In this document: piece by piece, positions 1 to 10,135 of the stretch
Position numbering within the stretch: the stretch's first letter is position 1
Layout of the letters: each line of letters opens with the position of its first letter
Origin: Chromera velia
Taxonomy: Eukaryota
Reading direction: 5' to 3'
Length of the DNA stretch: 51,373 nt
Assembly (NCBI GenBank): GCA_018398765.1
Contig: JAHBMJ010000290.1
Coordinates: 1 to 51,373 of the forward strand
Position numbers and translations under genes: made by a program
The notes under the pieces: model-generated
What the model saw: the letters and a program-made list of their open reading frames with translations, nothing else
Database searches by the model: none
Told to the model about the DNA's origin: nothing

Positions 1-5
1 TCTGT

Positions 6-6
<1 letters not shown>

Positions 7-45
<39 letters not shown>

Positions 46-111
46 TCTCTCTCTCTTGCTCGCTCTCTATGTTTGTGTGCGTGTATGTGTGCCTGTGCCT
101 CTGTCTTTCTA

Positions 112-142
<31 letters not shown>

Positions 143-265
143 GTGTGTATGTATATGTGTGTATATGTGTGTGTGGATGTGTGTGTGTGTGTATGTGTGT
201 GTGTGTATGTGTGTGTGTGTGTGTGTATGTGTGTGTGTGTGTGTGTGTGTGTTTATGTGTATGTT

Positions 266-313
<48 letters not shown>

Positions 314-365
314 TGTGTGTGTGTATGTGTGTGTGTGTGTGTATATATGTGTGTACGTGTGTGTT
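7..365. repeat. Poly-C tract followed by (CT)n and (TG/TA)n microsatellite
   Basis: Directly visible simple sequence; it produces the spurious CV-repeat ORFs at 56-432. Confidence 0.95.
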
Positions 366-386
366 TGCCCTGGCATGCATATATCA

Positions 387-630
387 GCCTGTGAAACTAG
401 CTCCCACATGTGCCGTGTACACCTTTGAATAGCTGACAGTGTGCGTCAGTATCTTTCTGTCTCCCCGGCCCTCTCTTTGTCTCTGTTTGTCACACTCTTT
501 GCCTCTGTCTGTTACACATACTTCTTTTGCTACATTGTATTCGTCAGGTGGAGTACAAAGCATCTAATAAAGAACATCAACACTGAGGTATATCCCTCTG
601 TACTTATACGTGTTATTCGTCTCTTTCTAG

Positions 631-681
<51 letters not shown>

Positions 682-723
682 CCTCTCTCCCTCCCTCCCT
701 CTTTCTCTCTCTCTTTCTCTCTT

Positions 724-758
<35 letters not shown>

Positions 759-1311
759 TCTTCTGTCTTTTTTTTATCTATCTTTCCCTCCCTTTCTCCT
801 TGGCTTGCTTGCTTACTCCTTCTCTCCGTATATCTATGAATATCTCTTCTTGCTTTTCTGTGTATGTGCGTATGCTGTGCATAATGTGTACACCATTGCA
901 TTTGTGTATCTGATTGTGTATGTGAATGGTATGTGTGTGCGTATGTATGTATGTGTGTGTATGTGTGTGTATGTATGCGTGCGTGCATATGTCTGCCTGT
1001 GAAATTAGCTCCCACGCGCGCCGTATATACCTTTGAATAGTCGACAGTGTGCATCAGTGTATGATGAACCTTTTCTGTTGCTCTGGTTGCTCTTTCCCTC
1101 TTTCTGTCTCCTCGGCTCTCTCTTTGCCTCTGTCTATCGCACATACTTCTTTTGCTACATTGCATTTGTCAAGTGTAGTACAAAGCATCCAGTGAGGAAC
1201 ATCAACACTGAAGCATATCCCTCTGTACTTATACATATCATTCGTCTCTTTCTGGCTCTCTCTCTCCCTTTTTCTCGCTCTCTCTCGCTCGCTTGCTCTC
1301 TCGCTTGCTCT

Positions 1312-1352
<41 letters not shown>

Positions 1353-1540
1353 TCTGTCTCTTTTTTTCTATCTTTCCCTTCCTTTCTCTTTGGCGCGTTT
1401 GCTTACTCCTCCTTACTTTTCTGTGCATGTGTGTATGCTGTGCATGATGTGTACACATTTGCGTTTGTGTATATGATTGTGTATGTGAATGGTATATGTG
1501 TGCACATGTATGTTTGTGTATGTATATGTATATGTGTGTG

Positions 1541-1585
<45 letters not shown>
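387..1585. repeat. Tandem duplication, unit about 610 bp (copy A ~387-994, copy B ~995-1585)
   Basis: Ungapped aligned blocks 387-450 vs 995-1058 and 495-637 vs 1120-1262. Similarity continues at ~770-950 vs ~1361-1512. Confidence 0.92.
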
Positions 1586-2036
1586 CTCATTGCATGGATA
1601 TACTCCTTGACGTTTGTTAATATGTTCTCCTCCGTTACTGTTCGTTTATACCCGATGAGCATGACTGCCTACCCCGAGAACACCAGCTGCTGCCAATCCC
1701 CTCGCATGTGTTTCTCTTTCCATCTTTGTCGCAAATGGTGAAGAGCTTGCATCTCTGTCTCTTTATTTTCTCCTTATCCTTCATACCTCGAAAGTACATC
1801 TTCTCCCTGTATTCCTTTGCACACAGAAACACATGTGGTAGTCTGTGCGTACCTCTTCTCAGTGCCTTCCTGCCTTTCTTCCTTTCATTCTCTTTTGAAC
1901 TGGTTACACGTCTCGTCGCCTTCACAATATCTGCTAAGATCACAAAGGAATACTCATTCTTCTTCTCTTTTTCAGACGAAATCGAAGGACACAGTAGCAC
2001 GAAGTTCAGCTTATCCTTCTCATCACCGGTTTTCAT
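387..2036 (-). pseudogene. Probable decayed multi-exon gene of unknown identity with a duplicated exon pair
   Basis: Exon-like blocks lie between microsatellite introns: 2036-1852 (ends AG|GTACGC); ~1702-1590 (GDWQQLVFSG*AVMLIGYKRT, in-frame TAG); ~1222-1147 (CAG|..GICFSVDVPHWMLCTTLDKCNVAKE|GTATGT), whose duplicate has TGG>TAG. Confidence 0.4.
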
Positions 2037-2754
2037 GCCGACTCAGAACTTTACACAAAAATCTTATTAAAAAACCAGTGTCAAAGTATACGTATATGTA
2101 AAAATATATTAGGATTATGATTAGGATTAAGTAGATGTGATTACAATACATTACATTTTTTATGTACTTCAAAAAATCTGTTTTAAAAAATTGGGTTATA
2201 CATAAAAATGATCATCAATGGATTTCATCAATAATTCCTTTTTTTAAAAATCAAATCCTTAGTTTATTAAAAAAAAATTGTCCACACTAGTTTTTTTTTT
2301 TTTTTGAAAACAAAAAAAGGTCTTTTTCATATATTTGTCTTTCACAGGGCTTGCTGGAGCCTAGGATTTTAGAGCCTAGCTTAGAGTTCCAAAAATCTAG
2401 TATCCGTTCAATTCAGCCTATAATTCAATCAGCATTGTCACAAAACATATTATGCATTCGGTAGGTACAAAATATTGCAAAACAACTTACCGGCCCGGTG
2501 TCGCTATCTTTAAAACTATTATTGTTCCTAATTTTTCATAATATGGTTGTCCACGCCTTTTCTTATACTGCTATGTACGTATTGTGTATACAAATGACGC
2601 TGGAATTGCAGCTGGATGACATAACAGACTAAGTTGCTCTTCCCGTGATGGCCGGACATGGTGCATTTGGTGCATTCCGATCATCCAATGCGACGCAAGA
2701 CATTTAGAGCCTCTGTATGCCTTTCTCCCCTCTGTGTTCTCACAAACCCGAACA

Positions 2755-3062
2755 GCGGCGGCGGCGCGTCCAGCGCGCCCTCCGCGCGCCACGGACCTCA
2801 AGGCCGCGGCCGGGGCGCGTCCGAACTTGTTGAATTGGTGCATGCATGCAGCATGCATGATGATGTGCTGCATACATGCATTCAGAGTACCGATACAGAA
2901 CGACGTATTATTTGTTTATAGTGTCTTTCTGGTCCTACGTATATACATATGCGGCAGCATGCATGCATGCAAACATTTAATTCATGCACTGCATGCATGC
3001 ATGCATGCATGCATGCATGATCGTCGGATGATTCATGCATGCATGTATATATGCATGCATGA
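2755..3062. promoter_or_regulatory. GC-rich box followed by a dense TGCATGCA motif cluster upstream of the 3293 gene
   Basis: GC box at 2755-2822. Many TGCATG(CA) copies at 2839-3062, including a perfect (TGCA)7 from 2990. TGCATGCA is a known ApiAP2-bound motif in apicomplexans; a function here is inferred. Confidence 0.5.
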
Positions 3063-3292
3063 TCGATCGACATGCAGCACAACTATAATGAAGAATCGAC
3101 CATCGACCTGCATGGCCGTGCAGACATTCGATCGCTTGCACGCATTCTACAACTTGCACATACTTGGCTTTTGAAAGGAACGTACGTTGGATTGCAAAGA
3201 CGCCTCAGGAAGAGTCGTGTGAGATGAACTTCGGGGGTTGGTCTGCGTCTCACCAACATAGAGAGGAGTAGAGGGCAAAGAGGTGCATTCTC

Positions 3293-3823
3293 ATGGAAGT
3301 AGCTTCATTGGCGTGCACATGCGGCTGCTGCAAAAACCAAGGCTGTAGCCCCGAGGCTGTAGGCTCAATCTTCTCACCGGACATTGATTATCTGGCTGAC
3401 TCTCGGGAGTGTGTTTTAGAGAATTGTGAAGAAAAGTTTGGTACTGAATGTAGAGGCATCGATAAAATCCGACTCACACTGAGAGTGGAGTTCCTGGATG
3501 GCAAAGTCCAGGAGTCTGTTATCGAACAGCCGGCACGCTGGGGGCCATGGACATGGGCGATGATCACAGTGGGATCCGTGGTGGTTGCAGTCCTCCTGGG
3601 GATCATGGTTTGGCTCACTTGCCTGTACTGGAAGAAGGTGCGAGAGGCCAAAAGAGCGAAAGATGCTGCTGCAGCAGAAAGGACTGAACGACATCACTTC
3701 ATTGATCACGATTCCAATCAAATGTCCCATCAGGCCCACCCTGCGCCTCATCAGCCTCAGCAACCATCGGGAGGCGTTCGCATTGACATTTTCGGATCAC
3801 CCACTGTAGCTCAGTATCGGTGA
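3293..3823 (+). CDS. Single-pass membrane protein with small Cys-rich ectodomain (176 aa), unknown function
   Basis: Intronless ATG-TGA ORF of non-repetitive sequence. CTCGCC..C..C..C..C domain, TM segment WAMITVGSVVVAVLLGIMVWLTCLYW followed by basic KKVR, then an H/Q/P-rich tail. Confidence 0.8.
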   Translation: MEVASLACTCGCCKNQGCSPEAVGSIFSPDIDYLADSRECVLENCEEKFGTECRGIDKIRLTLRVEFLDGKVQESVIEQPARWGPWTWAMITVGSVVVAVLLGIMVWLTCLYWKKVREAKRAKDAAAAERTERHHFIDHDSNQMSHQAHPAPHQPQQPSGGVRIDIFGSPTVAQYR

Positions 3824-4199
3824 AAGTCGTAAGGTCAACTGGTTGAACAGAAACTGCTCTAATGCATGTTTATCCACATGGACACCCTACAGAGTAAGCT
3901 CTTTCCACGAAAATTATCATTCTACTCATCTGCTCTTTCTCTCACAACCCCAGCCACCTGTCCTCTCTCTTTAGCGTCCAATAATCATCCACAAGCATTC
4001 AAGTCGTTGGCATATTTTACTGTACAGGGACACTCTTCTGTAAACAGACACTTGTGTACATGGCCGCTTGTCTCCTCCACCGGGCACCGGACTCCACCGC
4101 TTTGCCGACCCGGTCATCACTGCATCATTCGTCCCGGGTTCTTGAGTGTTCTGGTCTCCAACCTCTTCTTGCTTTTCCAATTTTCTTCCGTTGCAACAT

Positions 4200-4774
4200 G
4201 TTTTTTTCTTCATTTCTTCCTTCGTTGCCTCCTTCCCTGCTTCCCTGCTTCCCTCTTTCCCTCCCTCCCTCCCTTCCTTCCCTCCCTCTCTCCGTCCCTC
4301 CCTCTTCCTTCCTTCCTTACTTCTTCCTTTATTCCTTTATTTCTTTATTTCTTTTTCTTTCTTCATTTCTTTTTTCTTTTTCTGTTTCTTTGTTTCTATG
4401 TTTCTTTCTTTCTTTCTTTCTTTCTTCCTTCCTTCCTTCCTTCCTTCCTTCCTTCCTCCCTTCCTCCCTTTCTTTCTTTCTTTCTTTCTTTCTTTTCTTT
4501 CTTTCTTTCTTTCTTCCTTCCTTCCTTCCTTCCTTTCTTCCTTTCTTCCTCTCTGCCTTTCTTCCATTCATCCATTCATTCATTCATTCATTCATTCATT
4601 CTCTGTCTCTCTCTCTCTCTTTCAGGGTCTTTCTCTTTCTCTTCCTTTCTTGCTGTTTTTTTTTTCTTTCCTCCTTCAAAGTTTCTTCTTTTCTTTTCTT
4701 TTCTCTTCTCTTTCTCTCTTTCTCTCTTTCTCTCTTTCTCTCTTTCTCTCTCTCTTTCTTTCTCTCTCTCTCTC

Positions 4775-4815
<41 letters not shown>

Positions 4816-4842
4816 GTGTATGTCTGTGTGTCTGTGTGTCTG
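4200..4842. repeat. Polypyrimidine (CCTT/CTTT/CATT/CT) and (TG)n microsatellite tract
   Basis: Directly visible; source of the F/L/S-rich false ORFs at 3866-4913. Confidence 0.95.
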
Positions 4843-5023
4843 TCACACCTCCATACATCATGATGGCTGAAATTCTATCAAAAAAAGACAAAACATCAAT
4901 AAAACTTTTTTAAACTTTTGGTATTTTGTATACGATAAAACGCCCGATGTACGATTAACTTAAATGATCATCACAGGTCTAAAAAGGGACCTTTTAAAGG
5001 ATTTGGAATCCAAATAATCAATG

Positions 5024-5513
5024 ATCGATTCTAGACGTGGTTTCAATATATATTATATTTTCTCAAGTTTGGAGATATAATATAAATATATAATATAATT
5101 TAACTTCATATCTTTTCATACTATAGATACGAAACGTCAATTTATGCTTAGCTGGCTTTTGATCTGCCCACTGGCCGTACACTTCAAATATGCAGTATAA
5201 CCACGTACACACTGCGCTGTATATAATTCTAAGTGCATGGAATAGACTGAACAGTTATTCAACAGATTCAGAATAAAGAAAACTGTTAAAACTTAGTCTA
5301 GTAAAAGAGCTAGACGATCATAATGATGGTGATTCCTAGTCAGATCGAATCCCACTGTGATTATCCTACCAAAGCTAGATGAAGACACTAGTGAGTTTAT
5401 ACGATGATCTGTAGATAATGATCTGGTTATATTATATATTTATATCACTCAGCCCATGATATAATCTAGGATATAATATAAAAATATATATTGAAACCAT
5501 ACCTAGGATCGAT
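5024..5513. mobile_element. MITE-like AT-rich element with ~30-bp terminal inverted repeats
   Basis: 5024-5053 ATCGATTCTAGACGTGGTTTCAATATATAT matches the reverse complement of 5484-5513 at 26/30 positions. Interior is non-coding. No clear target-site duplication. Confidence 0.5.
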
Positions 5514-6611
5514 AATAGCAGTGGGTTAAACTTAAGGTTAAATTTATATAACTCAAATTAACCTAAACTAATTCTTAGAGTTGAACTGTTCCTATAAAGT
5601 ATTCCTAAATCAATTCCCTATAGATTAGTTTTAACAAAATTACTATCAAAATTATAAAAAACAATGAATAAAAATTAAAAAGTATAGTTTTTGGAAGGAG
5701 AATCGGAAGGAGATTAGGCTATAGGTACTTCACTGCACCATACCTTCTTTCATGGTCTTTGTCTTTATGACTGTCTGATGCAAAGACGCTTCAATCTGAC
5801 AGACTAGCTGAGAGAAGACGTCTAGGTTGGGTCAATCACAATGATCGTACATACTTCATGCACATACACTGATTGATTTTTATGGTTGCACGCGCGTGCG
5901 CGTAGATTATTTCCGCTTACTACATGTAACTATGTATGTATGCGTTTGAGCGTGTCACCGTGGAAAGAAACAGACACGTGACACTAACAGCTTTGAGTGA
6001 CGGAGTGTGTGGCAGCATAGATATAATTTCATTCAAAAAGTTGAAGAATTTAAAGTTACCAAAAAGAATAAAAACCCTTATAATACCCCCAAAAACCCTA
6101 CTCTTGACTGGTCTCTAGTATAGTTGGACTTAATTAGCGTAAAACGATAGTTGGGCTTAGTTTAGTTAGTTGGACTCAATTAGGGTCCCTAGTATAGTTG
6201 GACTAATTTATTAATTATATAGATAGTTTTTAATAGCTTTAAACTGCATAAAGCTAGATTTGAAAGTTGAAACAAAAATTGAATCACATGTTTATAGCAG
6301 CCAGTGTTTCTCTATATAGGTTTATTTTATACTTTTTTGTAACATACATATAACAAATCTAAAATATTGTATTTTCGTTATTTCAGGAAACAAAACCATG
6401 CTAACCACGGTGCAGGTTTAAGGTTAGAATTTTAGAAATAAATGGATAGACCGACTAGCAGACCGGGGCAGTGATTGATGACGTGTGATAGTAACGATAT
6501 GATATTCATACATTGATGTTCAAAAAGATTTTGCTTTTGAGGCCTCTTCATTCAGCAGCAATTTGAGCCTCCATGCAGAGAATCTGATGAGTCGTGCAGA
6601 ATTGCATGATT

Positions 6612-7365
6612 TCAATATCCCCTGAAAAAATGCCCCACATGACGTTCAGCTTGCAAGCCAAAAAGATCATAGTGCATTCGCCAAGGATCCCCGAATGCCG
6701 CACTCCCGAGTTCGGAGTCTATTCGGCGGGTTTCCATATTCATCACGGCCTCTTCATCAGATGCCGTACCTTCCGAGGAAAACAAACGCACCCCGGCAGC
6801 TTTCTCGCCCATCAATTTCAGCCAGACAGCATACTCAAAATTCAACGTACGAGTTGTGGCAATGGAAGGCACAACCACGACAGCGTCCTCTTGCACTGAA
6901 AGGCCTTCCGCAGCAAGTGCCGGCCTGAAGGATTCGTTCACAAAACAGCATGCATACACATATCATCTACAAATGGCCGAATAAGGGGGTTCGAAACCTT
7001 CAAAGCTAGAATTGCTTGAGAACCTTGCAATACAGGGTGGCGCAGAAGGCGAGCTCTACAACCTGCCGAACGTGGGAACGACACAGCAGACTGTCCTCAT
7101 ACATTCGATGGCAGCGATCAGGAAGCATGCTGGGCAGCCAGCAAGTGAAAAATCTCCAAAGCTGTGAATCAAGTGTAAAAATCGGACGGAAACGATGCAA
7201 CACTACATCTGCATATGCAAAACCAACAGGATTTGGAGACTTCTTGTCTCTGATTCTGCACAGCCATGATCCACCCGATCTGTCAAATGCATACGTGGAC
7301 CTGTGTATGCATGTGAATCCTTGTGTGTGGTTTACTCTCTCTTTGTCTGTCTCTGTCTGTCTCGG

Positions 7366-7448
<83 letters not shown>

Positions 7449-7461
7449 CTGTCTCTCTGTC

Positions 7462-7496
<35 letters not shown>

Positions 7497-7517
7497 GTCT
7501 CTCTGTCTCTCTGTCTC

Positions 7518-7552
<35 letters not shown>

Positions 7553-9204
7553 GTCTGTCTGTCTGTCTGTCTACCTGCCTGCCTGCCTGCCTGTCTGTCT
7601 GTCTGTCTGTCTTTCTTTCTTTCTCTCTTTCTGTCTTTCCTTCTCTCTCTCTTACTCTCTCTCTCTCTCTTACTTACTCTCTTACTCTTACTCTTACTCT
7701 TACTCTCTCTCTCTCTCTTTCTTTCCTTCCTTCCTTCATTCCTTCCTTCTCTCTCTCTTACTCTCTCTCTCTTACTCTCTCTCTCTCTCTCTCTCTTACT
7801 CTCTTACTCTCTCTCTCTCTTACTTACTCTCTTACTCTCTCTCTCTCTCTGTATGTGTGTGTGTGTGTGTGTGTGTAGAACTAAGATTGCAAGTTCCAAC
7901 TCCGAGACTGACAGGAGCTGATTCTCGATGGCATCCGTTTGTGCTTCTATTTGTTTCGCTGCCGTCATTTCGATCAGCTTCAGGATGTCCTCCTTGGTGT
8001 CCTTCAGAGATCGGCCGCAGGGCTCAAAATCCTCCCCGCCCTTTTCCTCGAACCCAGCAAGACCGGACTCGTACCTGAAAAAGAGAGGGGGAGCGATACA
8101 GAGAAAAATGAAAAGGAGTGTTCCGAGGGGAAAGAGAACCGAATCGGGGGGCTTGCTGGAGGCGTTCGAAAGAAACCCCATGAAGAACTTTGAATCACAC
8201 AACAAAGGACACAATCGGACAAATAGTGCGTCAGTCATTTGCTCGGTGCAAAATGCAAAGGACGGAAAGAGATTTTGCTGCCACAAACAGAGCGCGCATT
8301 GAAATTCAGAGTCGGGAAGCGCTGATAAAGGACGGGAAACAGGAAGGAAGTGAGGAACTTGGCACGCCTGTGCACAGACACTACCGTCAGCGTTTCATAC
8401 AGAAATTGCAGAAGAAACACATTTTAGAGGAAGGCGGAATATGAGGAATGCGTTTGTCTGTCTACCGAAGTCAACATAGGGGACAGACCTGTCGATAAGC
8501 CGGCTGAGCAACTCTACATGCGTTGCATTGAAAATGGAGGGTTCCAGAGAAATGGAAGGCAACTGCGCTGCCTCAGCAGACAGCTCTCTCTCTTCTTCTT
8601 CTGCAGCCACATCTGATAATGAACCCCCTTCGCCACTGCTGTAACGCTTCAGAGCCCGGCGGGCAGCTTTGAAGCTGTGCCTCAGCTTTTCAGGTGTGAT
8701 GTCACCATGAGGACCTTTATCTGAACACTCGGTCCCCGAGCACACAGGAGCACGTGCGTAGTTTCTGCACACTCCGAAAAGCCCCAGTCCTGTATGCATG
8801 AACACTTTTGCTGTGTGGTAGAACTTCGAGTCAATGTGCACCTGCAGCTTCAGCGTTCCCATGTCAAACCATCGGACCATATTGGTGCTGGCGACCAACA
8901 ACGCGCGTTGGCTTTTCGCGTCCCACACTTTCGTCGTTTCGTAGGCGTTCAGAAATACCCGATCGAGGTTTTTGAGGCCAGCGGGAGTCTCGCCTGCGAC
9001 AGGCTCCGTGACTGGAAGGTCAAGCTCTCCTGTCTGATCCTCCGCAGCACCTGACTCCCTGCCTTCTCGTATGTATTGCTCAGCTGCATTTTGTGCCCCG
9101 AGGAACACTTCGCGCACTTCAGCTTGCGAGCTGCTTAGAACCAGACTGAGGAGAATTGAAACAAAACAGGCACCGCTCCAGAGACGCTGAAGAGCAGACA
9201 GCAT
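6612..9204 (-). CDS. Multi-exon secreted protein of unknown function
   Basis: ATG at 9204 with signal peptide (MLSALQRLWSGACFVSILLSLVLSSSQA). Phase-consistent exons 9204-8489, 8074-7913 and one starting at 7300. Probable last exon ~6924-6612; the junction into it is unresolved, and the gene may instead stop at the TAG at 7006. Confidence 0.7.
7336..7876. repeat. Intronic (CT)n/(CTGT)n/(CTTA) microsatellite
   Basis: Directly visible, inside intron 2 of the 9204 gene. Confidence 0.95.
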
Positions 9205-10135
9205 GATGGACACTCCCTACCTGGTGGGAAACGTTTTGTGCAGATTCCTGGCTTGATATTCCGTCTACCGTTGTTGGGAAGATTTCAGATGCTGTGAAGA
9301 CAAGGCTGTCGCGTGAGTCTCCTCCGAACTTTCACATGTAAGCGGAGAACTGAATCTGTTTTTGTACCCGTTTAATTGTATACACTTGGGGCTGCGGAAT
9401 TGCATGATTATGAATCGATCGAGCGTAAAAGACATACGCGGATACTCTAATATGTCGTACATGCATGTACTGTTGCATCGCGTGTTGCAACACGTTTGCA
9501 AAATGTGTTGCCGGCACGTGTTAGACTGACCCCTGCATGGCAGCTATGGGGTCCCAGAATAGTCCCAGAATGATCATTAAGCCTGAGGGAATGAGAGGGA
9601 ATATTTTAATGTCTTATCCAGGCTGAGATATAATGAGCCCCAAAGCCTGAAACGTTTGACCTTTTTTTCTGTGAAACAACTGACGTTTTAAAAGAAAATT
9701 AAACCCTTAAATTTTTGAAAATTAAGTTTTTAATTATAAAGTTGAATCTGAATTTTAGCTTTAACCAACAGACTTACTCAAACATACAATTTTCTGGTAA
9801 CATTCAAGTTTATTTTTATATATCAATTTGATTTAAAAACCGGTTTAATGATAATAAAAAAAGGATCAGTTTTCATATTTTGATTTTCCGCTTTCTTTTA
9901 CTAAAATGGTAGGAGCTAGTAAATCCTGAGTGCTAGCTGGTGGAAGCTAGTTTAAGTTTCACATGCATGTAGTCACTACAATTAACTACTGACACTTAAT
10001 TGACACATCCTTAATTGAATTTTTAAGATTCAGATATATACAATTTTGATTTCTTTTTTAGGCTAAATTTTAGCATATTATGGCACGCCCGCATCTCTAG
10101 CCGCATCTAGGCCCCGGGCCACATTTGGTCAATCA

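Noticed and set aside
56..1741. Long CV-, SL- and ER-repeat ORFs (also at 3866-4913, 7016-8078, 35522-36472, 49147-49916, 50733-51324)
   Set aside because: They are open only because microsatellites lack stop codons; at most they overlap short true exons.
550..3270. In-frame TAG codons hinting at stop-codon reassignment
   Set aside because: They occur only in decayed or upstream sequence. The ~1165-codon channel model and the long ZRANB3 exons contain no in-frame TAG, so transition decay explains them better.
6115..6204. Short repeats of TAGTTGGACT resembling a CRISPR-like array
   Set aside because: Only about four short, irregularly spaced copies, in a eukaryotic AT-rich island with no cas genes.
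6982..7001. GGTTCGAA B-box/T-loop-like hairpin
   Set aside because: No cloverleaf or A-box could be built around it, so it is not called as a tRNA or SINE.
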